Counted from the first letter of the stretch, positions 30,626-41,138 are shown. The stretch: 64,000 nt of DNA from Alphaproteobacteria bacterium (GCA_965214705.1 OZ243972.1:3008001-3072000), one strand, 5' to 3'. The notes: generated by a model from the sequence alone, not told the origin. Program-made: numbers and translations.

Positions 30626-32042
30626 TGCAGGGAAGACCGCGATCGTCGCGGCGGCGATGTCGCTCGCCTTGACCGCCTCCGTGCCCGGCCGCGCCGACGT
30701 TCTCTCGGAGATGCAGTCCTTCTGGCAGGGCACGGTCTCGAACGTGACCGGCCCGACCGCCTTCGACGGCCAGGCCTCGGGTCACTGGACGCTCGGCAAC
30801 CTCTACATGCGGGCGCCTGTACGCTCCGAGCAGATCGCCACCGTCAACCTGCCTTCCTTTCGCGCCGGCTGCGGCGGCATCGACGCCTTCGCGGGCGCCT
30901 TCTCGTTCATCGATTCCGACCAGCTCGTGGCCTTCGCCCGCGCGGTCGCGCAGAACGCCGCCGGCTTCGCCTTCGAGCTCGCCCTGGAAACCATCTCGCC
31001 GGTGATCGCCGAGACCATGTCGAAGCTCCGCGCGCTGGCGCAATGGGTGAACAGCCAGAACCTGAACAGCTGCGAGACCGCCCAGGCGCTGGTGGGCGCG
31101 GCGTGGTCGAAGAACGACCGGGCGTCTGCGGCGATCTGCGCCGCCGTCGGGACCAGCCAGGGCATCTTCTCGGACTATGCCGCCGCCAAGCACGGCTGCG
31201 GCGCCGACGGCAAGAGGAACTCGACGCTGGCCTCGGCCTCCGGGGAAATCGCCGACCAGGTGCCGGTCAACGTCAACTACGCCTGGAAGGCGGTGCGGGC
31301 GTCGTCGTTGCTCTCGGGCGACACGGAGCTCGCCGAGTTCGCGATGTCGATCACCGGCACGGTGATCGTCACCGCGCCGACCTCGGACGGCGACGCGTCG
31401 GGCCCGAGGGTCCGCATCCTCGAGCCGCTCGCGCTGGACCGGCGCATCACCGAGGTGCTAATGGAGGGCGGCGGCGATCTCCCCGTCTACCGCTGCGACA
31501 CCGCGGATCTCTGCCTCAACCCGTCGCTCGGGCGGGCGAGCATCCCCGCGGGCCGGGGCTTCCGGAACCGCGTGGCGACGCTGCTGCGCGACCTGGTGGA
31601 CGCGGTCAGGGCGGACACTGCGCCGACGCCCGCCGCGCTCGGGCTGGTCAACCTCACGGCGCTCCCGGTCTACCGGGTCGCCAACGTCGCGGCCGCCTAC
31701 CGGGGCGCGGTGGTCGACCAGGAGATGGACGCGCTCGCCGAGGCCGTGGCGCTCGACGTGCTCCACGTCTGGCTCTCGGATTTGCACCGGACGGTGGAGG
31801 AGCGGGCGGGCGCCCTCGACATCGCCGACGGCGCGCAGCTCGAGCGTTGGCGCGAGGGTCTGAGGGCCAACCGTTCCGCGCTGGCCCGGCACCGCTCGGC
31901 GGGCCTCCGGCGCTTCAACACCGCGCTCGGGGTGATCGAGAAGCTCCGCCTGATCGAGACCGAGCTCGCGGGCGCGCTCAGCGCCGATCTCCGGGCCGCA
32001 TTGGCGTTCTCGCGCGGCGGCGCGGCCGCCGGGTCCAGATAG
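30615..32042 (+). CDS. traH: TraH
   Basis: AGCGGIDAFAGAFSFI and NSCE motifs. Confidence 0.95.
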   Translation: MTIDAGKTAIVAAAMSLALTASVPGRADVLSEMQSFWQGTVSNVTGPTAFDGQASGHWTLGNLYMRAPVRSEQIATVNLPSFRAGCGGIDAFAGAFSFIDSDQLVAFARAVAQNAAGFAFELALETISPVIAETMSKLRALAQWVNSQNLNSCETAQALVGAAWSKNDRASAAICAAVGTSQGIFSDYAAAKHGCGADGKRNSTLASASGEIADQVPVNVNYAWKAVRASSLLSGDTELAEFAMSITGTVIVTAPTSDGDASGPRVRILEPLALDRRITEVLMEGGGDLPVYRCDTADLCLNPSLGRASIPAGRGFRNRVATLLRDLVDAVRADTAPTPAALGLVNLTALPVYRVANVAAAYRGAVVDQEMDALAEAVALDVLHVWLSDLHRTVEERAGALDIADGAQLERWREGLRANRSALARHRSAGLRRFNTALGVIEKLRLIETELAGALSADLRAALAFSRGGAAAGSR

Positions 32043-32044
32043 CC

Positions 32045-34948
32045 ATGTTCGAGCTCTTCACCCTCGGCGGCGGGACCTACCTGGTCGACCTGCTGAACGC
32101 GGTGGCCGCGATCACCGGCGGCGGCGCCTATGTGATGCTGGCCCAGATCGCGGGCATCGGCGGGCTCGCCTGGGTGCTGTTCCGCACCGCCTTCGGCGGC
32201 TCGTGGAAAGACAACGCGAAGTGGGTGCTGCTGTTCGTCGCCGTCTGGGGCGCGATGATCGTGCCCAAGGCCACCGTCAGGGTGGTCGACCGGCTCGATC
32301 CCGCATTGGCGCCCGCGGTGGTGGCGAACGTGCCGGTGGGGCTCGCGCTGTTCGCCTCGCTCACCAGCCAGGTGGGCGACGGCCTCACGCGGCTCAGCGA
32401 GCAGGCGTTCACGCTGCCGAACGATCTCGCATACCAGCGCCACGGGCTGATCTTCGGCGCAAGGCTCGCGGCCAAGGCGACGCGGCTCGAGGTCACCGAC
32501 GCGGTGTTCGCACGGAACCTCAGGAACTACGCGAGGCAGTGCGTGTTCCACGCCCTGCTGCTGGGCCACGTCTCGGCCGATGACCTCCGGGAGTCGACCG
32601 ACCTCTGGACGCTGGTGACCACGGCCCGCACCCCGTCGGCGGGCGCCTCGCCCGCGCGCATGGTGGAGTTCGCGACGCGGACCGGGGCGGGCACGGTGGA
32701 CCGCGAGATCGTCACCTGCCTGGACGCGGCCGGCAGGCTGAACGCGCAGTGGACGGCCGAGCTCGCCCGGGCCGGCACCGTGTTCGGGCGAAGGCTCTTC
32801 CCCGGTACGGCCACGGACGCGCTGGCCCGCGCGGAGCTGCTGGCGGCGCTGCCCGCCGCGCACGACTTCCTCATCGGCGCCTCGCGCTCGGCCGCCGAGA
32901 TCATGCGCCAGCAGATGGTGCTGAACGCGGTCCACGCCGCCGGCGAGCAATGGGCGGCGGAGGCCGGCAACGCCGCGGCCTTGCGGGCCTATACCGAGGC
33001 CCGCGCCGAGGCCCAGACCGTCTCCGCCTACCGGGCGATCGGCAGGCAGGCCGAGACCTGGGTGCCTCTGCTCCGCATCGTCTTCGAGTGCCTCTATGTC
33101 GGCGCCTTCCCGATGGCGGTGCTGCTGATGCTGACGCCTGCGGGGGCGGCGATATTCCGGTCCTACGTGACCGGCCTCATATGGCTCCAGTCCTGGGGGC
33201 CGCTCTACGCCATCCTGCACCGCATCTCGATGGGCGAGGCGGCAGAGCGCATGAGCGCCGCGGCCATGATGCCGGGGGGCGATATCGGCATCTCGCTGGT
33301 GGCCCAGGCGGGGATCAGGGCGGTGGCGTCCGACGTCGCGGTGATGTCGGGCTATCTCTCGATGTCGGTGCCGTTCCTCGCCGCCGCGCTTGCCTACGGG
33401 CTCTCCAAGGCCACCGTGCTCGCGACTTCGGTGCTGGCCGTCGGCCAGGACGCGGCCTCGTCCGCCGCCCATGAGGGCACCACCGGAAACATCGCGCTCG
33501 CCAGCACGGCTTACGACACCCATCGGTTCGCGACGCTGGAAGGCCGCCAGGTCCGCACCTCTCCCCATGTCGATACCGATCGCCATACCGGCTACGCGCC
33601 CGGCGGCGCGGCCGTCACGGTGACCGGCGACGGCACCGTCGTCGCCGACGTGAGGACCGCCACCAGCAACATCCCCGCCGCCGCGATACGGATGTCCGAG
33701 TCGCTCACGACGCACTTCGAGGAACGCGCCGGCGAGGCGCGCACCCTCGCGCGGCACCTGTCGATGGAGGCCGGTAGCGCGCGCAACGCCGCCGTCACCG
33801 ACGCCACCGCGCTGGTCGAGCGCTACAGCCACGACGTGAGTACGGGCGAAGCCTTCGCCAGGGGCGTCACGGAGAGCGAGAGCGGCCAGGTCCAGGCGCT
33901 CGAATCGCACATGCAGAAACTCGCCGAGACGGCGGGGATCTCGAAGAGCCAGGCGCTGATGCTGACCGGGGAGGCGAAGATCGGCGGAAGCTGGGACAAG
34001 ATCGTGAGCCTGGGCGCCGGGGGCTCCGCCACCTGGCGCGGCCAGACCATCGAGTCCGACGACTGGAACCGGGTGAAGGACTACGCCGAGAGCCAGCAGG
34101 TGACGGACCTCTGGTCCCGGGTGATGGACGCATCGAGGCGCTACTCCACCAGCACCGGAGAGAGCGAGGCGGCGAGCCTGGACGAGAGTTATTCGGCCAA
34201 CCTCACCCGGATGCGGAGCTTCAGCGAGCGCGCCTCGATGGCGCACACGGAAGCCGAGAGCTGGTCGGAACAGTCCGCCCGGGTCGAGGCGCGGGCGCAG
34301 ACGATCGACCGCGACATGGGCCAGGCCTTCTTCGTCTGGCTCGCCGATCGTCCGGGCGCGGACGGCAGGCCGATCGGCACGGCCGGGGCGATCCGCATCG
34401 GCGAGGTCCAGACGCCCGAGGACGCGCAGGTACTGCGCGAATATGCGGCAGCCTTCGTCGCCGAGCGCTTTCCCGCTCCTGCCGGCCCCGACCCGGCGGA
34501 GATCGGCGGGCGCGCCGAGTACGACGCGGTGCGGGACGGGTACGCAGAGTCCAACGTCCGCGAAATCTCCGGGGCCAGCGAGGGCTGGCGCCGGGACGCG
34601 CGGGACCGCGCCGGCGCGGCGGGCGCGCCCGGGCCGGGTGAGGTCGAGAGCGACGCGATCCGCGAGCGCGCGGCGACCAAGGCGGACATGACGGTGAGCG
34701 AGGCCGGGCGCGAGGCGCGCACCGGGATCGCGCGGGAACGGACGCGCGAGGGCCAGGCGGCGACGGGCGTCGAGGCCGACAAGCCGCTGGAGCGCCATGC
34801 CACGGAGAGCGTGCCGCTGATCGGCGGCTGGCTCGCCGGCAAGCTGTTCGGCACCGCCGAAAATGCCGCGCCGGACGGGATCGAGGGCCGGCCGGCCGAC
34901 GACCCGTCGGTCCGCGACCGGGGCGCGGCGGGGGGAGAGGCGCGGTGA
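32045..34948 (+). CDS. traG: TraG
   Basis: LLNAVAAI, VANVPVGLA and WLQSWGPLYAIL motifs; follows traH. Confidence 0.92.
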   Translation: MFELFTLGGGTYLVDLLNAVAAITGGGAYVMLAQIAGIGGLAWVLFRTAFGGSWKDNAKWVLLFVAVWGAMIVPKATVRVVDRLDPALAPAVVANVPVGLALFASLTSQVGDGLTRLSEQAFTLPNDLAYQRHGLIFGARLAAKATRLEVTDAVFARNLRNYARQCVFHALLLGHVSADDLRESTDLWTLVTTARTPSAGASPARMVEFATRTGAGTVDREIVTCLDAAGRLNAQWTAELARAGTVFGRRLFPGTATDALARAELLAALPAAHDFLIGASRSAAEIMRQQMVLNAVHAAGEQWAAEAGNAAALRAYTEARAEAQTVSAYRAIGRQAETWVPLLRIVFECLYVGAFPMAVLLMLTPAGAAIFRSYVTGLIWLQSWGPLYAILHRISMGEAAERMSAAAMMPGGDIGISLVAQAGIRAVASDVAVMSGYLSMSVPFLAAALAYGLSKATVLATSVLAVGQDAASSAAHEGTTGNIALASTAYDTHRFATLEGRQVRTSPHVDTDRHTGYAPGGAAVTVTGDGTVVADVRTATSNIPAAAIRMSESLTTHFEERAGEARTLARHLSMEAGSARNAAVTDATALVERYSHDVSTGEAFARGVTESESGQVQALESHMQKLAETAGISKSQALMLTGEAKIGGSWDKIVSLGAGGSATWRGQTIESDDWNRVKDYAESQQVTDLWSRVMDASRRYSTSTGESEAASLDESYSANLTRMRSFSERASMAHTEAESWSEQSARVEARAQTIDRDMGQAFFVWLADRPGADGRPIGTAGAIRIGEVQTPEDAQVLREYAAAFVAERFPAPAGPDPAEIGGRAEYDAVRDGYAESNVREISGASEGWRRDARDRAGAAGAPGPGEVESDAIRERAATKADMTVSEAGREARTGIARERTREGQAATGVEADKPLERHATESVPLIGGWLAGKLFGTAENAAPDGIEGRPADDPSVRDRGAAGGEAR

Positions 34949-34959
34949 CAAATCGGTGC

Positions 34960-35373
34960 TCAGGGATCCTGGTCGGGGTTGCGGAGCCCGTCGTCGCCGA
35001 GCAGGCGCTCGCGGCCGTCGGCTATCCGCATGTACGCGAACGCGCCGGTCCGGGTGTTCCAGTCGAAGCTCTCTCCACGGATGTCGGGCACGCACCCGTG
35101 CCGGCGCCGGCCGCCGCTGAAAGCGGACCAGTCCCCGTGAAGGAAGCCGCTCCGGAGCGCGCAGGCGAGGCTGGCGAGTGCCGTCCAGGCAACGGCAACC
35201 AGCCACATGAACCCGACGATCCCGCCGTCCGCGCCGAGGGCGAACGAGACAGGGGTGGCAGGCACGGCAAGCGTGAGGCCGCCCAGCACGAAGGCGCGCT
35301 CGCGCCAGGTGGAGCGGCGCGGCGGCTCATCCGGTTCGGGACGGCGGGACGTGCGTCGGGAGTTGCGTGCCAT
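34960..35373 (-). CDS. Small membrane protein (possible entry exclusion)
   Basis: Two TM segments, GGAG RBS, convergent with traG. The function is a guess from position. Confidence 0.5.
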   Translation of the reverse strand: MARNSRRTSRRPEPDEPPRRSTWRERAFVLGGLTLAVPATPVSFALGADGGIVGFMWLVAVAWTALASLACALRSGFLHGDWSAFSGGRRRHGCVPDIRGESFDWNTRTGAFAYMRIADGRERLLGDDGLRNPDQDP

Positions 35374-35621
35374 GACGGAGATCTCCGTTGCGGGGTGCGG
35401 GGCGGGACGGAAGGCCTGGAGCCGGGTGCGCCGCTCCCTCTCCCGCCTAGGCCCCTTCGCCCCCTCCCGGCCCGGCTCGGCCTCCTGCCGGCGCCCGCCG
35501 GCAAACCCCGAACGATCGCGACGGTCCGCCGCGGCAGCGTTGCCCGCGACCTTCGCGCACCCATTACGCCCACGCCGGCAGGGCCGGCGCGGTTCGTTTC
35601 AACCAGGAGGAGGACAGAACG

Positions 35622-36152
35622 ATGCTGCACATCAACCGAGTGACGCTGCCGGGCCATGCCGGGCGCGACCCCGACATCCGCGCCCTGCCGGACGGCGGCC
35701 GCGCCGCCGCGTTCAGCCTGGCCACGACCGAGAGGTGGAAGCGCGCTGACGGCGGCAGCGCCGAGCGCACCGAGTGGCACCGCATCGCCGTCTACGGCCC
35801 CGCCGTCGACCCGGTCGAGGCGATGGTGAGGAAGGGCGCCGCGGTGCTCGTCGAGGGCCGTCTCGCGCACCGCGAGTTCAGGGACCGCGAGGGCCGGGAC
35901 CGGCAAATCGCCGAGATCGTCGTCGCCGGCCCGCAGGGGATCGTCAACGTGCTTTCACCCAGGCCCGCGGGCGGAGCGGATGCGGCGGAGGCTCCGGCGG
36001 CGGAGAACCCCGGCCGGGAGGAGAGCGCCGCCGACGATGCCGGAGACTCTCGAGCCGTAGACTCTCGAGCCGTAGACCCTCGGGCCGTAGACCCCCGGGC
36101 CGGGGAGCCGGTGCCCCCGGCCCCTCCCTCCGGCGCGGAGGCCGGCCGATGA
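35622..36152 (+). CDS. ssb: Single-stranded DNA-binding protein
   Basis: INRVTL.G..GRDP, FSLAT, TEWHRI and VEGRL motifs; lacks a DxPF tail. Confidence 0.9.
   Translation: MLHINRVTLPGHAGRDPDIRALPDGGRAAAFSLATTERWKRADGGSAERTEWHRIAVYGPAVDPVEAMVRKGAAVLVEGRLAHREFRDREGRDRQIAEIVVAGPQGIVNVLSPRPAGGADAAEAPAAENPGREESAADDAGDSRAVDSRAVDPRAVDPRAGEPVPPAPPSGAEAGR
36042..36102 (+). repeat. 15-bp repeat array variant (GACTCTCGAGCCGTA) in ssb tail
   Basis: Four units: DSRAV-DSRAV-DPRAV-DPRAG. Confidence 0.85.
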
Positions 36153-38170
36153 GCAAGGTGGGCAGCAACACCCTGCGCGGCGGCCAGACCTTCTTCCACG
36201 GGCTCCGCATGTGGGGCCAGATGGTGCGCCCCGCGCTGTTCGTGACCGCGCTCTGCGTGGTGGCCTTCCCGGCCTGGAACACCTACCGCGAAACCGAATG
36301 GTACGACTGGTACGCGTCCGGCATGGCGACCCTCGCCGAGGCCAAGCTCGCGCTCGGCTACAGCGAGACCTCCGGCCAGGAGGTCAAGATGCGGGACGGG
36401 CGGTACGAGACGATGTCCATCCTCGACCTCGCCGCCTCGACCGACGCGCTCCGGACCCGCGAGAGGCTGAGGGACCGGGTGTTCGCGGGCGCGCGCGACG
36501 GCGCCCTGGCGTCGGCGGCGGCGATGCCCCTGATCCTGGCGCTGTTCTGGTTCCGGGGCCGCCGGCTCAACCGGGCGACGCGCATCCGGGGCGCCGAACT
36601 CGCCACCGCGCGGCAGCTCCGCCGGCGGGTGCGGCCCGTACACCGGCGGCTGCGCGACGCGCTGTTCGCACGCCCCGCACCGTACACGATCGCGGGCGTG
36701 CCATTCCCGGACCGGGCCGAGACCCGCCATACCATCGTCTCCGGCACCACCGGATCGGGCAAGACCGTGCTGATCTCGGATCTGGTGGCCCAGATCAGGG
36801 ACCGCGGCGAGCGCTGCGTCGTCTACGACAAGATGGGGAGCTACACGCGGAGCTTCTACGATCCCGACCGGGACGTGCTGCTCAATCCGCTCGATGCCAG
36901 GGCGCCCCGCTGGTCGCCCTTCCACGAAGCAAGAAGCCCGCGCGACTTCGACACCATGGCGGCGGCGCTGATCCCGCAGCAGAAGGACACCGTCGATCCC
37001 TTCTGGGTCACCGCCGCCCGCCAGCTCTTCGCCAACGGGGCGGGCGTGCTGCGCGAGAAGGGCGTCACGGAAAACAGCGTACTGGTCGACCACCTGCTCA
37101 AGACCGAGCTTGCCGCGCTGGCGGAGGCCATGGAGGGCACCGTCGCGCAGTCCATCGTCGATCCCGAGAACCCCAAGACCGCGCTCAGCGTGCGCGCCAT
37201 GCTGACCGCTCATCTCGGCGCGCTCGAGGTGCTCTCCGACGACGGAACCCCGTTCTCGATCCGCGACTGGATCGCCGACGAGGACCGGGGCGGCCACCGG
37301 GGCGGCCACAGAGGTGGCTTCCTGTTCCTCACCTCGCGCGCCGACCAGCACGCGAGCCTGCGCGGGCTGATCTCCACCTGGATCGAGATCGCGGTCAACG
37401 CCATGCTGTCGCTCGAACAGGACGACGAGCGCCGCATCTGGGTGGTGCTCGACGAACTGCCCACCCTGCACCAGGTGCCCTCGCTTCAGCCCGGTCTCGC
37501 CGAATCCCGCCAGTTCGGCGGCTGCTTCGTGCTCGGCATCCAGGTGATCTCGGCGCTCCGCGACCTCTATGGACGCAACGGCGCGGAGACCATCTCCGGG
37601 CTCTGCGGCACCCGCGCGGTGCTCTCGGCGCCGGACGAGGACACCGCGCGCTGGTCGGCGGCCTCGCTCGGGCGGGCCGAGGTCGAGGAGGCGGTCGAGG
37701 GGCTCTCCTACGGCGCCAACACCATCCGCGACGGGGTCTCGCTCACGCCGCGGCGCGAGCTGCGCCCGCTGGCGCTGGCGTCCGAGATCATGCGGCTCGA
37801 AAGCCTGCACGGCTATCTCCGCTTCCCCGGACCGCTGCCGGCCGCGACGATCGCGCTCGACTACGTCGACCGGCCGAAGCGGGCGGAGCGCTTCGCGGCG
37901 CGGCGCGATGCGCACGCGCCCGAGGCGGAGAAGGCCGGGCAGTCGGCCGGATCGCGCGAAGGCGCGGGGCAGGATGGCGACGCGGAACAGGGCGAGCTGG
38001 CGCTCGGGTCCCCGCACCAGGCGGCGGCGGAGCCGCGGGACGGTGCGGAATCCGGGACGGGTGAGTCCGGTGCGGCGACCTCGCCGCCCGGCGATAACGC
38101 CGGCGCGGACGCGGCGGTCGACGAGACCGGGGAGAAGGCGCCGGGCGAGCACCGCCTGAGGCAACCCTGA
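36149..38170 (+). CDS. traD: Type IV coupling protein TraD
   Basis: Two TM segments; GTTGSGKT, YDKMG and LDELPTL motifs. Confidence 0.95.
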   Translation: MSKVGSNTLRGGQTFFHGLRMWGQMVRPALFVTALCVVAFPAWNTYRETEWYDWYASGMATLAEAKLALGYSETSGQEVKMRDGRYETMSILDLAASTDALRTRERLRDRVFAGARDGALASAAAMPLILALFWFRGRRLNRATRIRGAELATARQLRRRVRPVHRRLRDALFARPAPYTIAGVPFPDRAETRHTIVSGTTGSGKTVLISDLVAQIRDRGERCVVYDKMGSYTRSFYDPDRDVLLNPLDARAPRWSPFHEARSPRDFDTMAAALIPQQKDTVDPFWVTAARQLFANGAGVLREKGVTENSVLVDHLLKTELAALAEAMEGTVAQSIVDPENPKTALSVRAMLTAHLGALEVLSDDGTPFSIRDWIADEDRGGHRGGHRGGFLFLTSRADQHASLRGLISTWIEIAVNAMLSLEQDDERRIWVVLDELPTLHQVPSLQPGLAESRQFGGCFVLGIQVISALRDLYGRNGAETISGLCGTRAVLSAPDEDTARWSAASLGRAEVEEAVEGLSYGANTIRDGVSLTPRRELRPLALASEIMRLESLHGYLRFPGPLPAATIALDYVDRPKRAERFAARRDAHAPEAEKAGQSAGSREGAGQDGDAEQGELALGSPHQAAAEPRDGAESGTGESGAATSPPGDNAGADAAVDETGEKAPGEHRLRQP

Positions 38171-38171
38171 C

Positions 38172-41138
38172 ATGGTGGCCTCGATCGGGGCGGTGGCAGC
38201 GCCGGCGCAGGGGGCGAGCTATTACGAAAGGGACGGGTATTACGCCCGGGACTCGCCCGATCACCGGGAAGCCAGCGCCTGGGCCGGGAACGGCGCGGCG
38301 GAACTCGGTCTCGAAGGCCCGGTCGACCCCGACACCTTCCGGGCGGTCCTCGAAGGCCGCGTGCCGGACGGCTCCGGCAGGCAGCTCGGCAGGCGCGGCG
38401 GAGACGGCGGAATCCATCACCGTCCCGGCCGCGACCTCACATTCAGCGCCCCCAAATCCGTCTCCCTCGCAGCGCTGGTCGGCGGCGACGCGCGCGCGAT
38501 CGATGCCCACGACCGCGCCGTCGGCCGCGCGCTCGACTGGTTCGAGCGGAACGCCGCCGAGACCCGGATGACGGACCCGGAAACGGGCCGCATGGCGCGG
38601 ACCGGAAACCAGAAGGCGGTGATCGCCACCTTCCGGCACGACGCATCCAGGAATCTCGATCCAGCGCTGCACACCCACGCCGTCATTGCCAACATGGTGC
38701 GGGGCGAGGACGGAAAATGGCGTTCGATGGCGAACGAGAGGCTCTACGCCTCGAAGATGCTGCTCGGCGCCCTCTACCGCAACGAGCTCGCGGCCGAGCT
38801 CGCAAAGCTCGGCTACGGCATCGAGAAGACCCATGCCGACGGGCGGTTCGAGATCGCGGGCGTCCCGCGGGACGTCATCGAGGCGTACTCCACGCGCCGC
38901 GCCGAGATCGAGGCCGAGATCGCCCGGCAGGGAGCCGGAGGCACGGCGGAGAACCAGCGACTCGCCCAGCGCGCGGCGCTGTTCACCCGCGCCGCCAAGC
39001 GCGACGTCGACCGCGTCGCGCTCCGCGAGAACTGGCTGGGACAGGCGGCGGCGCTGGGCTTCGATGCCCGCGGCCTGGTCGCCGAAGCGGGTGCTCGTCA
39101 AGCCGGTCTGGAAGCCGTTCACGACGGCGACGCCGGTCGCGCGGCGAGGGTCGCCAGGGAGGCGGAGCCGGGCCCCTCGCCTGCCGTCCATTCCGGCGGA
39201 ACGGCGGCCGCGCGCGAGGCCGGGCCGAACGGTCCGGCGGGCGCCGCCGTGACCTGGGCCGTCTCCCACCTCTCGGAACGCGAGGCCGTGTTCGCGCGCA
39301 CCGACCTGCTCGCCGCCGCTCTCGCCTTCAGCCCCGGCGCCGCGCCCGCGGGAGAGATCGAGCGCGAGGTCGCGGCGCTGGAGAAGGCCGGAACCATGCA
39401 CGCCGCCCGCCTGCCGGGGATGGACGGTCTGCTCACCACCGACCGCGCGCTTGCCGACGAGCGCGAGACCGCTTCCCTCATGGAGGCCGGACAGGGGCGC
39501 GGCGCCGTCCCCATGCGCGCCCGCGCCGTCGACAAGGCGCTCCGCAACGGCCCTCTCACCCAGGGCCAGAAGGAGGCGGTGAAGCTCATCCTGTCCGCAA
39601 ACGACCGCACCGTCGGCGTCCAGGGCTATGCCGGCACCGGCAAGACCACCATGCTGCGGCGCGCCCGCGCGCTCATGGAGAAGAAGGGATACGAGGTGAA
39701 GGGTCTCGCGCCCTCCGCTTCCGCCGCCCGCACGCTGGAGACCGAGGCCGGTATTGCATCGGAGACTCTCCAGCGCTTCCTCGCGCGCTATGCCGGCGTC
39801 GCCGAAGGCCGCATGACGAGGAAGGGCGCCCGCGAAATGCGCGCGTCGTTCAGGAACACGGCGTTAGTGGTCGACGAGGGCTCGCTTGCGTCGACCGTCC
39901 AGACCCGCGACCTGCTCAGGATCGCCGACGCTCTCCGCATCCCCCGCGTGGTGCTGGTGGGCGATGCCAAGCAGCTCGACGCCGTCGATGCCGGAAAGCC
40001 CTTCGCCCAGCTCCAGGCCGCCGGCATGAAGACCGCGGTCATGGACGAGATCATGCGCCAGCGCGACCGCGCTCTGAAGGCGGCGGTCGAGGCGAGCCTC
40101 GCGGGCGAGATCGCCAAGGCCTTCGAGAAGCTGGGATCGAACATAGCCGAAGTGAAACCGGACAACCTCGCGGGCGCCGCCGCCGCGCGCTGGCTCGCGC
40201 TGTCGCCGGACCAGCGCGCGAGGACCGGGCTGATGGCGCCGAGCCACGGGCTCCGCGAGCGCATCAACGAGATCGTGCGCGAGCGCCTGGTCCGCGACGG
40301 CGCCGTCCACGGCCCGGCCATGAATGCCGAACGCCTGGTCTCCCGCGGCTACACGAACGCCGAGAAGACGCTCGCCGCCAACTACGCGCCCGGCGACGTG
40401 GTGGCCTTCCACCGCCCCTACAAGCGGCTCGGCGTCGACAAGGGCGACGAGCTCCGCGTCCTCGGCGTCGACCGCCGGGCCCACGCGGTGACGCTCCGGG
40501 GGAAGGGCGGCCGGGAGGTCGCCTGGGATCCCAACCGGCTCGCGGCCCGCACCGGCGGGGTCGAGGTCTACCGCGCCGAGGAGATCGAGCTTCGTGCGGG
40601 AGACCGCATCCGCTGGACCCGCAACGACATGGGCCTTGGGCTGCTCAACTCCGGCATCGCCGAGGTGGCGGCGGTCAGGGACGGAAAGGTCACGTTCCGC
40701 CTCGAGGACGGGCGGATGCTCGATCTCGGCCCCGGCGATGCGCAGCTCCGCCATATCGACCGCGCATGGGCCGCGACCGTGCACGCGTTCCAGGGCCGCA
40801 CGGTCGACAACGTCATCGCGGCGATGGAGGCCAATCACGCGAAACTGACCACGCAGAAGTCATTCTACGTCGAGATCAGCCGCGCGCGCGACCGCGCCGA
40901 GCTCGTCACCGACGACAGGAACGTGCTCCGGGAGACCCTCGAAGCCGTCACCGGGGAGCGCATCGCCGCGCTGGAGGCGGTTGGGGCACAACACAGGCAG
41001 GATCGCGAGCGACCACTAGAAACGGATCTGAAGCAAGTTTCGGAACGGAAAAAGGGAAGCCCGCAGGAGCGCTCGCCGAAGTTCGACATGGAAAGAATGC
41101 GCGCGCCCAAGAGCGCCGACCGCGAGTTCTCGTTGTAG
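38172..41138 (+). CDS. traI: MOBF relaxase-helicase (TraI/TrwC)
   Basis: YY..YY, DLTFSAPKSVS, LHTH and helicase GYAGTGKT motifs. Confidence 0.95.
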   Translation: MVASIGAVAAPAQGASYYERDGYYARDSPDHREASAWAGNGAAELGLEGPVDPDTFRAVLEGRVPDGSGRQLGRRGGDGGIHHRPGRDLTFSAPKSVSLAALVGGDARAIDAHDRAVGRALDWFERNAAETRMTDPETGRMARTGNQKAVIATFRHDASRNLDPALHTHAVIANMVRGEDGKWRSMANERLYASKMLLGALYRNELAAELAKLGYGIEKTHADGRFEIAGVPRDVIEAYSTRRAEIEAEIARQGAGGTAENQRLAQRAALFTRAAKRDVDRVALRENWLGQAAALGFDARGLVAEAGARQAGLEAVHDGDAGRAARVAREAEPGPSPAVHSGGTAAAREAGPNGPAGAAVTWAVSHLSEREAVFARTDLLAAALAFSPGAAPAGEIEREVAALEKAGTMHAARLPGMDGLLTTDRALADERETASLMEAGQGRGAVPMRARAVDKALRNGPLTQGQKEAVKLILSANDRTVGVQGYAGTGKTTMLRRARALMEKKGYEVKGLAPSASAARTLETEAGIASETLQRFLARYAGVAEGRMTRKGAREMRASFRNTALVVDEGSLASTVQTRDLLRIADALRIPRVVLVGDAKQLDAVDAGKPFAQLQAAGMKTAVMDEIMRQRDRALKAAVEASLAGEIAKAFEKLGSNIAEVKPDNLAGAAAARWLALSPDQRARTGLMAPSHGLRERINEIVRERLVRDGAVHGPAMNAERLVSRGYTNAEKTLAANYAPGDVVAFHRPYKRLGVDKGDELRVLGVDRRAHAVTLRGKGGREVAWDPNRLAARTGGVEVYRAEEIELRAGDRIRWTRNDMGLGLLNSGIAEVAAVRDGKVTFRLEDGRMLDLGPGDAQLRHIDRAWAATVHAFQGRTVDNVIAAMEANHAKLTTQKSFYVEISRARDRAELVTDDRNVLRETLEAVTGERIAALEAVGAQHRQDRERPLETDLKQVSERKKGSPQERSPKFDMERMRAPKSADREFSL

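Noticed and set aside
37284-37318. 12-bp tandem repeat (RGGH x2-3) in traD
   Set aside because: An isolated in-frame slippage unrelated to the 15-bp family.
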